A DNA stretch of 64,000 nt from positions 1 through 64,000 of IMG/VR virus record IMGVR_UViG_3300014204_000010; one strand, written 5' to 3'. This stretch comes from a virus. Its lineage: Duplodnaviria > Caudoviricetes. The stretch's first letter is position 1. Each line of letters opens with the position of its first letter. The notes beneath the pieces were generated by a model. That model saw only the letters and a list, made by a program, of their open reading frames with translations. It made no database searches and was not told where the DNA came from. The translations under genes and the position numbers were made by a program. Of the stretch, positions 7,728-16,548 are shown piece by piece.

Positions 7728-9286
7728 AAACTGAGCTTCAGCAGAAACTGGGTTGGGCTGCTGGGATTGAAGAGAACAGAGCCTTAGTAAGGATCCTAGG
7801 ACCTGTGGAAGCAATAGTACTGTTTGAGTTACTTATTGAGGATGGGAAAACTGATAATGAATGGTTTTCCCTTCCTCAAACCCTCATTGCAGAAAATACA
7901 GGGATTTCTTTCCGCAGACAAATCACAACCCTAGAAAAACTTACATCAGTTAACGGTGTTCTGACCCGTGTTCTCAAGGGTATGCCCGCTCGATTTTACT
8001 ATAAAATCAACTACCAAAGGATTGAGGAGCTTCTCAGTTCTAACAAATTGTTAATACAGCAAAACGCCTGTAAACCAGCGGAAAATTGCAGTTTAGACAA
8101 ATTGTTAATACTGAGAAAACCTGAACCCCAGGATAAGTCTCAGTTTAGACAAATTGTGAATACAGCAAACCCCGTAGTTTTAACACCTAAGAAACCGGTT
8201 TTAACGCTGAAAAACACAGTAATTCTCACGCCTAAGGTAGCGGTTGCAGGGTTGACATTGAAAGCCTCGGTAGTAGGCCAAGAGAAAGAAGAAAAGAAAG
8301 TAATACAAAGAAAAGAAGAAAGAGAAAATAAGGAAGGGAGTAATTATACTAATCCTAATAATAGTTATAGTAATATTAAACCTATTTTCCTTACGGAAAA
8401 TAGGGGCACTCACTTCTCCGAGGTGAGTGCGGCCACTGCTGCTGTGCAGCAAAAACACACCCTTGTTAAGAGGGATACAACTGAGGATTTATGGAAAGAT
8501 AATTATAAAGGCTTTGTTGGTACGGTTGAAACTTCTCCGGAAGCTGAGGCTATTATCTCTTTCTGGAAAAGTAACGGTCTCAAATGTCGGAATAAAGGTA
8601 CTAAGGGTTACATTAAAACCCTCCAATATATTCGGGCAGCTCTGAACGGTAGTTTGTACAGCCAGAACAGACCTGATCTTGCCGGAGTAGAATATACCTT
8701 GGAAGGAATTAAAGGTGCTATTAAGAACTTTGCTCTCGCGGCATTTCATCCGGAGTACGAACCAATATCCTTTGTCAAGAAGCAATTCTACCAAAAGGTT
8801 ACCCTTGATTGTTTCTTCTATCAGCAGTTTTCTCCTGGGGATGAAAATAAAAGGTTATTCTTGACCTTCTTGAAAAAACCGGAGACAGCTCGTCCTAAGT
8901 TTGCTCGTAGGGAAGAAGAAGGTGAAATCTCTAAGGTGGCTACGAAAGTATTGATTGACTGGTTTACAAAGAAAGGTTATCCCTACTCTGAAGAAAAAGA
9001 AGGGGAGGCTTTTGTGGCGGCATCGAATGCCATATTCAGGTTTTACCACGATCACAAGAATGACCTCCTCATAGATACATTTGACTACTGGGGAAGGTTA
9101 TTTGGGCTGACAGACCCAATACAGATAATGGCTCAATTGGTAACCAAAAGCTTCGATGCAAAGCTTCTGGAAGGAAAGAATCAGAAGAACTTTAATCCAG
9201 GATGGGTGGCTTCTGAATTACGTCGTCCGGATTATTTTGTTCGTTACCTAAAAGACAACAACATCCTGAGGTCGGCAAAGAGATGA
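7724..9286 (+). CDS. Replication initiator / replisome organiser
   Basis: N-terminal winged helix (EWFSLPQTLIAENTGISFRRQ..LEKL); internal iteron-like repeats and AT-rich tract; directly upstream of DnaB. Confidence 0.75.
   Translation: MKTELQQKLGWAAGIEENRALVRILGPVEAIVLFELLIEDGKTDNEWFSLPQTLIAENTGISFRRQITTLEKLTSVNGVLTRVLKGMPARFYYKINYQRIEELLSSNKLLIQQNACKPAENCSLDKLLILRKPEPQDKSQFRQIVNTANPVVLTPKKPVLTLKNTVILTPKVAVAGLTLKASVVGQEKEEKKVIQRKEERENKEGSNYTNPNNSYSNIKPIFLTENRGTHFSEVSAATAAVQQKHTLVKRDTTEDLWKDNYKGFVGTVETSPEAEAIISFWKSNGLKCRNKGTKGYIKTLQYIRAALNGSLYSQNRPDLAGVEYTLEGIKGAIKNFALAAFHPEYEPISFVKKQFYQKVTLDCFFYQQFSPGDENKRLFLTFLKKPETARPKFARREEEGEISKVATKVLIDWFTKKGYPYSEEKEGEAFVAASNAIFRFYHDHKNDLLIDTFDYWGRLFGLTDPIQIMAQLVTKSFDAKLLEGKNQKNFNPGWVASELRRPDYFVRYLKDNNILRSAKR
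8035..8400. repeat. Putative replication origin: three ~30-bp iterons plus A-rich/AT-rich tract
   Basis: CAGTTyWRACAAATTGTkAATACwG copies at 8035, 8089, 8141; AT-rich 8280-8400. Confidence 0.7.
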
Positions 9287-10857
9287 TCATTAACCGGGAA
9301 AAGATAGATACAGCCATTGAGAACCAAATAACTACAGCGATGATTTTATCCACTCGTTATTTAACCGAAATCTTTACCTTGTATGAAGCGGAGTACATGG
9401 TAAACCCTTATGCCAAAGTTATATGTGCTTGGTGTATTGACTACTACAAGGTTCATGGTAAAGCCCCACAAGAAACTATTCGGGATATATACGAATTGGA
9501 AAAAGGTTATATGTCCGATGCTGATGCCCAGATAGTCTCAGCTTTTCTCTCCAAGATAAGTAGGGAGTATGTTTCGGGACAGTCGGTGAATGACGAGTAC
9601 GCCTTGAAGGAATCCCTCAGCTACTTTAACCGAAGGAACATTACTGTACGAGCTGAGAAAGCTCTCAGGTTATTGGACTTAGACCGTCATGAGGAAGCCC
9701 AGCAAGTTTTCACTGACTACAAACAGGTTTCTTATCAGCTTTCTGGTTGGTTTAATCCCTACGATCCTCAAGGTATTTGGGAAGTGTTTGATCCTAGCAC
9801 TCAAGGTATTCTACAGTTACCCGGAGCTGTAGGGGAGATAGTCGGTCCGATTGAAAGGGAATGGTTTGTAGCTTTACTCGGACCGTTCAAGAGAGGCAAG
9901 ACCTTTGCTCTGATGAAGATGGCTAGATGGGCCGTCGATCAGAGATTAAAGGTGGCTTTCTTCTCCCTGGAAATGAAGAAGAAAAATATCAAGGAGAGGT
10001 TTGCAAGAGACATCACAGGATATGGTGTGAAGAATGGTTCAGGAGAGGAAGAGATAGTCTATCCTGTCTTTGACTGCATTCATAACCAAAGTGGGGAGTG
10101 CAACCGTCCAGAAAGAACTAATCAAGAGAGTCTGGTAAATGTGGTAACAGGTTATACCGCAGACTCGTTTAACCGAGAACTCACTTATAGGGCATGTACA
10201 GCTTGTAGGGGTCAGGGAAGACTGAGTACCTTCAAGCAGACTGTCTGGTTTGAGACGGCTCAAGTGCCTGCGTTCGACTTCCGAAACACCTTCGACTTCT
10301 TGAAAAGCTATGAAGAAATCTATGGGTCGGAAAATCTGAAAGTTATCCCCTACCCAAGATTCAAAGCTTCCCTCGATGACATCGAAAGAGATTTGTTTTC
10401 ACTGGAAGTAAACACAGGATTCATTCCCGACGTAATTATAATTGACTACGCCGACATTCTCTTGCCTAACAAGTCAAGAGAGGGTAGAAGATTTGAGGTA
10501 GACGACATCTGGAAGCTTCTCCCAGCTATGGCGTCGGAACGAAAGTGCATAGTCATTTCAGCTAGCCAGGGTAATAGGGATTCTGTTTATTCAGATGCCT
10601 TAGGTCAAGACGACATCGCTGAATGGATTGGGAAGTTTGCTCATGTGGATATATTTCTCTGTTTGAATCAAACTCCTGAAGAGAAGCGGAAGAATCTACT
10701 TAGGCTAGGTATGCTTGCCCACAGACACAAGGACTTCGATGAAGAGAGAATGGCTATGATCGTGCAACAACTAAGGGTCGGTCAGTTCTGGTTAGACTCA
10801 GAAGTTATCCGGTACGAAATAGACCGAGAAGCGAAAGCAGCTAAGAAGAGGAGGTAG
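9283..10857 (+). CDS. dnaB: DnaB-family replicative helicase
   Basis: GPFKRGKT, FFSLEM, IIIDYADIL, SASQGNR, AHVD motifs; Cys-rich insertion. Confidence 0.9.
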   Translation: MIINREKIDTAIENQITTAMILSTRYLTEIFTLYEAEYMVNPYAKVICAWCIDYYKVHGKAPQETIRDIYELEKGYMSDADAQIVSAFLSKISREYVSGQSVNDEYALKESLSYFNRRNITVRAEKALRLLDLDRHEEAQQVFTDYKQVSYQLSGWFNPYDPQGIWEVFDPSTQGILQLPGAVGEIVGPIEREWFVALLGPFKRGKTFALMKMARWAVDQRLKVAFFSLEMKKKNIKERFARDITGYGVKNGSGEEEIVYPVFDCIHNQSGECNRPERTNQESLVNVVTGYTADSFNRELTYRACTACRGQGRLSTFKQTVWFETAQVPAFDFRNTFDFLKSYEEIYGSENLKVIPYPRFKASLDDIERDLFSLEVNTGFIPDVIIIDYADILLPNKSREGRRFEVDDIWKLLPAMASERKCIVISASQGNRDSVYSDALGQDDIAEWIGKFAHVDIFLCLNQTPEEKRKNLLRLGMLAHRHKDFDEERMAMIVQQLRVGQFWLDSEVIRYEIDREAKAAKKRR

Positions 10858-10885
10858 GGATTGAACGGGAGAGAGGGACAAAGAA

Positions 10886-11086
10886 ATGACGATCTTCAAT
10901 AACAGACCCTCGGAAATGTGGTCGAAGAAAGCTTGGGATTTTGTTACCGAAAAATACGGAACTCCCCAGAGCTTACAGATCAACACCTATTGTTGTCAAC
11001 CACCAAACTGGACAGCCAAGGTGGAGAAGCGTTTGATTATGGTTACCGTAAAAGAAATTAATGAATGGGAGGGGGTGAAAAATTAA
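10886..11086 (+). CDS. Hypothetical protein
   Basis: 66-aa ORF, TAATG coupling to next gene. Confidence 0.55.
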   Translation: MTIFNNRPSEMWSKKAWDFVTEKYGTPQSLQINTYCCQPPNWTAKVEKRLIMVTVKEINEWEGVKN

Positions 11087-11517
11087 TGAAAGGAAGTCTT
11101 GTCGTAACGGTATCTTCCGGGGAATATGAAAAAGCTTCTACTGAGGAAGATCGGTCTCTTCTTCTGAAGAATCTAGCTGATGCAGGTGTGAAGGTTAGGA
11201 AACCTTTGGAGGACGAGGTATTTGTTGACATTGACACTGATTCTGATTATGAGGAGTTCCTTCATCGGGCATCAAAGATGGAGGACTTTACGGGACTTCG
11301 GTTTAAATACGAAGAGTATCCGTCCAAGTCAGGATTACCACACAGACATATCATAGTAACCATATCTGGTTACAAGATAATGTCTGAATTGGAGAGAATA
11401 GCATTCCAGTTTGTATTCAACTCCGATCCAACAAGAGAGTTTCTTAATGTTGGTAGATACCTCAAAGGAGACACACCAATAAACATGCTGTTCGATTATA
11501 GAGAGGTTAAAAAATGA
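11086..11517 (+). CDS. Hypothetical protein, possible AEP/prim-pol-like catalytic domain
   Basis: VFVDID (DxD), SKSGLPHRH (SxxG..H) and NSDP motifs. Confidence 0.5.
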   Translation: MKGSLVVTVSSGEYEKASTEEDRSLLLKNLADAGVKVRKPLEDEVFVDIDTDSDYEEFLHRASKMEDFTGLRFKYEEYPSKSGLPHRHIIVTISGYKIMSELERIAFQFVFNSDPTREFLNVGRYLKGDTPINMLFDYREVKK

Positions 11518-11897
11518 GAGTACTTGTAACAGGAGATCGGAATTGGTCGAACAAGGATATAATCCGAGAAGTCCTCAAGAAGTATCCTACCGATACAATA
11601 CTGATTAATGGAGGTGCCCGGGGAGCCGATAGTATAGCCGCTAAAATTGGCAAAGAACTCGGGTTCAAGGTCGAGACTTTCAAAGCAGATTGGGGTGCTT
11701 ACGGTCGGGCTGCTGGTCCTATTCGTAATCGAAAAATGCTGAGAGAGGGGAAACCGGATGTCGTAGAAGCCTTTCATGACCATATCCTGGATAGTAAAGG
11801 GACTAAGGATATGGTAGAAATATCAATAGCAGCCAATCTTCCCGTAACTTTGCATGATGACAGAGAAGGGCATTACCCTCTCCATTTATTTTACTAG
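11514..11897 (+). CDS. SLOG-family (DUF2493/YspA-like) nucleotide-binding protein
   Basis: VLVTGDRNW, INGGARGAD, ADW..YGRAAGPIRNRKML, SKGTKDM. Confidence 0.85.
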   Translation: MRVLVTGDRNWSNKDIIREVLKKYPTDTILINGGARGADSIAAKIGKELGFKVETFKADWGAYGRAAGPIRNRKMLREGKPDVVEAFHDHILDSKGTKDMVEISIAANLPVTLHDDREGHYPLHLFY

Positions 11898-11903
11898 GGG
11901 AAT

Positions 11904-12515
11904 ATGAATCGAATTTTTGTATTTGGAGATAGTCATTCTTATCATGGTTGGGTACAGGTACCGACTCTTCTACCGGAAGCTGCCATTCATATTAGACATC
12001 TAGGTCCAATCTTAATGTACTCTCTAAGGAATGGAATCCTGAGAAGGGTTACCAGGGAGGGAATCCTCCCCGATGATCTTATCGTCTTCTGTTTCGGAGA
12101 GATTGACGTCCGTTGTCACATTCACAAATTCAAGGATCAAGGAATCCAGAACATTGTAGACGATTTGGTTACCCATTATTTCTTGGCAGTACAGGAGGCT
12201 ATGAATCATTTCCCCGAAACAAAGGTGGGGATTTACTTCGTACCTCCTGCTACCAAGAAAGAAAACATAGTAGACAATCCTGACTTCCCTTGGTTGGGAG
12301 AAGACTCAGAACGCTTGAATTATACCAGAACTCTAAACAAAACTCTGGGGGAAAGATGTGAGGAAGAAGGTTACTTATTTATTGACCTCACAGAATGGTA
12401 TGAAGATGATGAAGGTTTTCTCCGACTAGACATGGCGGAAAAGGACGGTCCGCACATTCAGGATGCTTCACCCTTAGTGAACTTCCTGCAAAGATTGATA
12501 AAGGAGGATGAATGA
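11904..12515 (+). CDS. SGNH/GDSL-like hydrolase or acyltransferase
   Basis: FVFGDSHS (block I), FCFGEID, DGPH (DxxH). Confidence 0.75.
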   Translation: MNRIFVFGDSHSYHGWVQVPTLLPEAAIHIRHLGPILMYSLRNGILRRVTREGILPDDLIVFCFGEIDVRCHIHKFKDQGIQNIVDDLVTHYFLAVQEAMNHFPETKVGIYFVPPATKKENIVDNPDFPWLGEDSERLNYTRTLNKTLGERCEEEGYLFIDLTEWYEDDEGFLRLDMAEKDGPHIQDASPLVNFLQRLIKEDE

Positions 12516-12934
12516 TTTCCGTTTGTAGAACATTTACTTTTGAGGCAGCTCACCAACTTCCCAGATACGATGGGAAGTGTAGTCAGGTTCACGGTCATAG
12601 TTACAAGCTTGAGGTAGAAATAGCCTGCCCGGTGTCCCTACTGAATGGGTACTTAGACCCTCAAGATGCTATGGTTGTGGACTTCAATACATTAGAATCG
12701 GTCGTAAACAATGAGGTCATTCGGTTATTGGATCACCAAATGATAAATAACCAGATCGACATAGCTGAACCCACAGCGGAAATGCTGGTGTTATGGATAG
12801 TCGAAATACTGAAGAAGGCAGTATGGTCGTATTCTAACCCGGATAGAAAAAGTGTACACCTAAACAGAATCCGTCTGTACGAGACGGAGAAATGCTATGC
12901 AGAATGGAGGGAAACAGATCGGGATGAGAATTGA
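12512..12934 (+). CDS. queD: 6-carboxy-5,6,7,8-tetrahydropterin synthase
   Basis: FEAAHQL, CSQVHGHSY, LDH, PTAE, LYETEK. Confidence 0.95.
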   Translation: MISVCRTFTFEAAHQLPRYDGKCSQVHGHSYKLEVEIACPVSLLNGYLDPQDAMVVDFNTLESVVNNEVIRLLDHQMINNQIDIAEPTAEMLVLWIVEILKKAVWSYSNPDRKSVHLNRIRLYETEKCYAEWRETDRDEN

Positions 12935-13628
12935 TGTCAATTCGATTTTTTATTCAATCAACGGGGAGGTTACATCAGCCCATCAAGGAAGTCTTTGTAC
13001 GTTCATACGACTTCAGGGCTGTAACCTTCGGTGCAAGTACTGTGATACAGCCTACGCACAAGCAGCCAAACCGGGTGCTATGGGTTCCATTACAATGGAG
13101 AAGGTGGGAGAGATCGTCCAAAAATTTGGATGTTCCAATGTGACCATAACGGGAGGAGAACCCTTATTCCAGAGAGCACCTCTATCCGTGTTAATTGCAG
13201 GATTGAAGGTCATCTCCGAATATGGGGTGAAGTTTATTACCGTAGAGACAAACGGTTCCTTCAACCCGTACATAACCAACCCCTCTGAGGATTTAGCCCA
13301 TAACGTAGACTGCTGGGTAATGGACTATAAACTTCCCTGCAGCGGGGAGATGGATAAGATGAACCCGGAAAACTTCGCACTTTTAACCGAAAAGGACTTC
13401 GTGAAATTTGTCATTGCCGATGTCTTCGATATGTTTGAAGCTGTGAAGGCTATGGAGGACATTCGGAAAAGAGGATGTAAAGCGAAGTTTGCCTTTTCTC
13501 CCGTACTTAGCGGAAAAAATATGGATTATAGAGAAGCCTCCCAGGAGCTGCTTAGTTGGCTAAGCCGACTCGGCATCAAGGAAGGAATCCTAAGTTTGCA
13601 GCTTCACAAGATCATTTCGGTCGATTAA
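12924..13628 (+). CDS. queE: 7-carboxy-7-deazaguanine synthase (radical SAM)
   Basis: FYSINGE, FIRLQGCNLRCKYCDT, ITGGEP, VETNGS, LSLQLHK. Confidence 0.95.
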   Translation: MRIDVNSIFYSINGEVTSAHQGSLCTFIRLQGCNLRCKYCDTAYAQAAKPGAMGSITMEKVGEIVQKFGCSNVTITGGEPLFQRAPLSVLIAGLKVISEYGVKFITVETNGSFNPYITNPSEDLAHNVDCWVMDYKLPCSGEMDKMNPENFALLTEKDFVKFVIADVFDMFEAVKAMEDIRKRGCKAKFAFSPVLSGKNMDYREASQELLSWLSRLGIKEGILSLQLHKIISVD

Positions 13629-13655
13629 ACTTTTTTTGGACCAGGGCAAAAAAAT

Positions 13656-13685
13656 CAGCGGGTTTTAAAAAAATTGTGCTATAAT
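13656..13685 (+). promoter_or_regulatory. Extended -10 promoter, CNNCGG class
   Basis: CAGCGGG ... TGCTATAAT; preceded by a T7/A7 inverted repeat at 13631-13654. Confidence 0.75.
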
Positions 13686-13741
13686 GAGATTAAATCAGTT
13701 ACAAAATCCATAGCATCACAAACCAAAAAGGAGGCAACAAA

Positions 13742-14380
13742 ATGAAAGCGTTAGACCAAATCGACGTAGCCAGACTTAAGGCTGCAATCGAAGCCTTGAA
13801 CAAGGCAACCTTCAAAACTGAGGACGGCACCGAAAAGAAATTTGTTGAACAGAATTTGAAAACGGTAGCCATAACGAAGGCAAACATGCTGGACAGCTTC
13901 GTAAAAGCTGTCGAGGGTATGGATGAAAAAATTGCAGAGAATCTGCCCGAGGTAGTATCGAAGTTTTACAATGTGTTCGTCTCCGAGGCAGAAGAAGACG
14001 ATCAGCCGGCACCGGTACCCGCAGCCAAGAAGGAAAAGAAACCCAAGGAACCGAAAGCTCCGAAAGAAAAGAAACCCAAGAAAGAGAAAGCAGTTTTGTC
14101 TGAATACGGACACAAACAGGGAAGTCAGGCCGCAAAGCTTGATGATCTCCTCAAAGAAGGTGGCCATACTGTAGACGAAATGGCCCAGATTTCGGGAAGA
14201 ACGACCCTCGGAGTGAGAAGTCACATTCAGCATCTCCGTAATGATCGGAAACTGGTCATCGAAGAGACGGAAGACCATAAGTTCCAGGTCAAAGGCCCGG
14301 CCCCTGCAGCAGCCCCGGCAGCCACAGCAGCCCCGGCAGCAGCACCCGCCGCAGTAGAAGAAGCAGCCAAAACCGAGTAA
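13742..14380 (+). CDS. Putative histone-like or nucleoid-associated DNA-binding protein
   Basis: KKEKKPKEPKAPKEKK tract, HTH (HTVDEMAQISGRTTLGVRSHIQHLR), Ala/Pro tail; own promoter and AAGGAGG SD. Confidence 0.6.
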   Translation: MKALDQIDVARLKAAIEALNKATFKTEDGTEKKFVEQNLKTVAITKANMLDSFVKAVEGMDEKIAENLPEVVSKFYNVFVSEAEEDDQPAPVPAAKKEKKPKEPKAPKEKKPKKEKAVLSEYGHKQGSQAAKLDDLLKEGGHTVDEMAQISGRTTLGVRSHIQHLRNDRKLVIEETEDHKFQVKGPAPAAAPAATAAPAAAPAAVEEAAKTE

Positions 14381-14383
14381 ACA

Positions 14384-14965
14384 ATGAATAAGGACGCCAC
14401 AGAAAAACATTTAATGTTGATGTTGACGGAAGGTCTGGGTCTTGACCTCACAGACTCAGACCTTCGTGGCACCCCTGAGAGGGTTGCCCGGATGTATGCG
14501 GACGAGTTCTTTGCTAACAATTCTGGAAAAACACCTAAACCCAGAATACAACTTAGTCCCAATAAGAACTACACAGGAATTATTGTCCGGGATAACATTC
14601 CGTTTGTTTCTATATGTGCCCATCATCTACTTCCTTTCTCAGGAGTAGCCCATCTTATGTATATCCCTGATAAACATCTTGTGGGTGCATCTAAACCATC
14701 AAGGATAATCCAGTATTTCGCAAAGAAACCCCAGTTACAGGAATACTTGAGTGCAGAGGTTCTGGACTATTTTTGTTGCAAAGTCCAGCCCTTAGGGGCA
14801 ATGCTGATCATAAGAGCTGTTCACGGTTGCATCTCTTGTAGGGGGGCAAAGGACGGCAATTCCTCAGGTATGATAACCTCAGAAGTTCGTGGGTCATTCG
14901 CCGAGAATCTTTCCACTAGAATGGAAGGCTTAATGTTATTGAAAACTATGAGTCCAGTCCTATGA
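14384..14965 (+). CDS. folE: GTP cyclohydrolase I
   Basis: GTPERVARMY, SICAHHLLPFSG, QLQE, HGCISCRG. Confidence 0.95.
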   Translation: MNKDATEKHLMLMLTEGLGLDLTDSDLRGTPERVARMYADEFFANNSGKTPKPRIQLSPNKNYTGIIVRDNIPFVSICAHHLLPFSGVAHLMYIPDKHLVGASKPSRIIQYFAKKPQLQEYLSAEVLDYFCCKVQPLGAMLIIRAVHGCISCRGAKDGNSSGMITSEVRGSFAENLSTRMEGLMLLKTMSPVL

Positions 14966-15138
14966 CAGCACCCTATCCGGATTTTGAATTAATAGAATGC
15001 CTAAGAAAGAAGTTTGTTGAGTTTTCGGTCGATAATCTCACGAGGGACGAGGTTATCGACCTGATCAATCATATGTACCAAGCGATACAGGTTAAAGATC
15101 GGGAAATAATAGAACTTAGAGGAGTCATGAGAACATGA
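14962..15138 (+). CDS. Hypothetical 58-aa protein
   Basis: Hand-translated; ATGA overlaps at both ends. Confidence 0.55.
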   Translation: MTAPYPDFELIECLRKKFVEFSVDNLTRDEVIDLINHMYQAIQVKDREIIELRGVMRT

Positions 15139-15404
15139 ATGCTTCCGAGATTAAGTGGATTCCTATCGAATCCTCAAGCATCGTCAAATCTATAGCCTAC
15201 CATAAACCAAGTCTTTTCATCAAGTTTAAAAACGACCGTATGTACCAATACTTTACAGTCCCCGAGGGACTGTTCGAAGAACTGAAAACAGCAGAATCTA
15301 TCGGGAAGTATGTTGACAGGTATGTAAAGAAGGGTGGTTACCTCTACAAAGAAATCAAACCCAATGAGTCATTGAAACTGAGGTGGAATGAAGATGGACT
15401 ATAA
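15135..15404 (+). CDS. KTSC-domain protein
   Basis: SSSIVKSIAY, LFIKF, YQYFTVP, AESIGKY pattern. Confidence 0.85.
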   Translation: MNASEIKWIPIESSSIVKSIAYHKPSLFIKFKNDRMYQYFTVPEGLFEELKTAESIGKYVDRYVKKGGYLYKEIKPNESLKLRWNEDGL

Positions 15405-15786
15405 ACTTACGGATGAAGAATACAGAGTACTCGTCAAATGGATGGGTGAGGTTGTTCATGAGAACGCAGGACGTGATTTCTTTGGGCTTCGATGCTGTTC
15501 CTGTGGGTATGAATCTCCTGAAGAGTTAATGAACCGTCATATCCAAATAAGTAACCGGGACTTCGCTATGGCTGTAGACAAAGATGCCCTTTTCCTGAAG
15601 ATTGTGGAAAAAGATTCTTGGGTGAAGTTCCTAGACTCTGCGTCCAAACATTATGACAATTCCTCAAAGTACCACAGAAGTTTCTTTCCCGAATATGGAT
15701 TTATGGAATGGGTGTTTAACAAAGAAGATGGTTGCTACCGTCTACCCAAATTAGCTGCATTAGCAGTTAAGGAAGGAATAATATGA
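15388..15786 (+). CDS. Hypothetical protein
   Basis: 132-aa ORF in coupled operon. Confidence 0.6.
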   Translation: MKMDYKLTDEEYRVLVKWMGEVVHENAGRDFFGLRCCSCGYESPEELMNRHIQISNRDFAMAVDKDALFLKIVEKDSWVKFLDSASKHYDNSSKYHRSFFPEYGFMEWVFNKEDGCYRLPKLAALAVKEGII

Positions 15787-16217
15787 AACCACCCGATCTA
15801 ATGTTTGATGCCGAAATGCAAGAGTTCTTTCGGGAATTTATGGGGAAATGGCAGCCTTTTGACAAAGCAAGATGGGTTAATCCTGAAACTGAACTCATTT
15901 ATAGAAACAAATGGGTAGCAGATACCGGTAAACTATGGTTCTATACCCACATAGACACAACGATTGAGGTATCGGAAAATGATCCTGCACTCTATCGCAT
16001 ACCCGAAGTTTTCTCCCGAGACTTGAAGAGATGTCTTTGGCATATGGTAGACTGGACCAAAATGGAATTAGGTACGCACGACGATAGTGGTGACGTTTAC
16101 CTTTTCCTCCCCTCAGAGATAGAGGAAGGTCCATTAGAGTACGAGGTTACCTTAGAAGAAGCTCTCTTAGGAGCAATCAAATGGCAAATAGATCACGGCG
16201 TCAGACCGAAAGGATAG
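15783..16217 (+). CDS. Hypothetical protein
   Basis: 144-aa ORF in coupled operon. Confidence 0.6.
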   Translation: MKPPDLMFDAEMQEFFREFMGKWQPFDKARWVNPETELIYRNKWVADTGKLWFYTHIDTTIEVSENDPALYRIPEVFSRDLKRCLWHMVDWTKMELGTHDDSGDVYLFLPSEIEEGPLEYEVTLEEALLGAIKWQIDHGVRPKG

Positions 16218-16224
16218 GTGAGAC

Positions 16225-16548
16225 ATGTTCCGTAAGAAAATAAATCAAATTTCATCTAGTTTATGGGTGTGGTTGTTTCTTCTCTGCATGAAGAACGTAT
16301 ATTGGAAAGAAAGGGCATTCGTCGCCAATCGTACCATCATGCGGACTTGGAATGATCAGCTGGAGTTTACCTACATAGTTAGAGACATGCGAAAAGTAAA
16401 CGGTTATACCCGGGAAGAACTATTAGAGATGCTTACCATCGTAAGAATGGAAGAAGAAAGACTTCGGTGGAAATGCCCGGAACCGGATGAATCCTTGTTT
16501 CAAACAATACGGGATAGAGAAGAAAGATTAAGGAGGAGTGCAGAGTGA
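16225..16548 (+). CDS. Hypothetical protein
   Basis: 107-aa ORF, AGGTGA SD, overlaps next start. Confidence 0.6.
   Translation: MFRKKINQISSSLWVWLFLLCMKNVYWKERAFVANRTIMRTWNDQLEFTYIVRDMRKVNGYTREELLEMLTIVRMEEERLRWKCPEPDESLFQTIRDREERLRRSAE

Noticed and set aside
8035-8170. Three GTT...AAAC repeats resembling a mini CRISPR array
   Set aside because: Spacers are only 20-23 bp, repeats are degenerate and lie inside an intact CDS, and there are no cas genes; iterons fit better
13751-14562. Several - strand ORFs opposite the histone-like gene
   Set aside because: Shadows of Lys/Ala/Pro repeats; no expression signals
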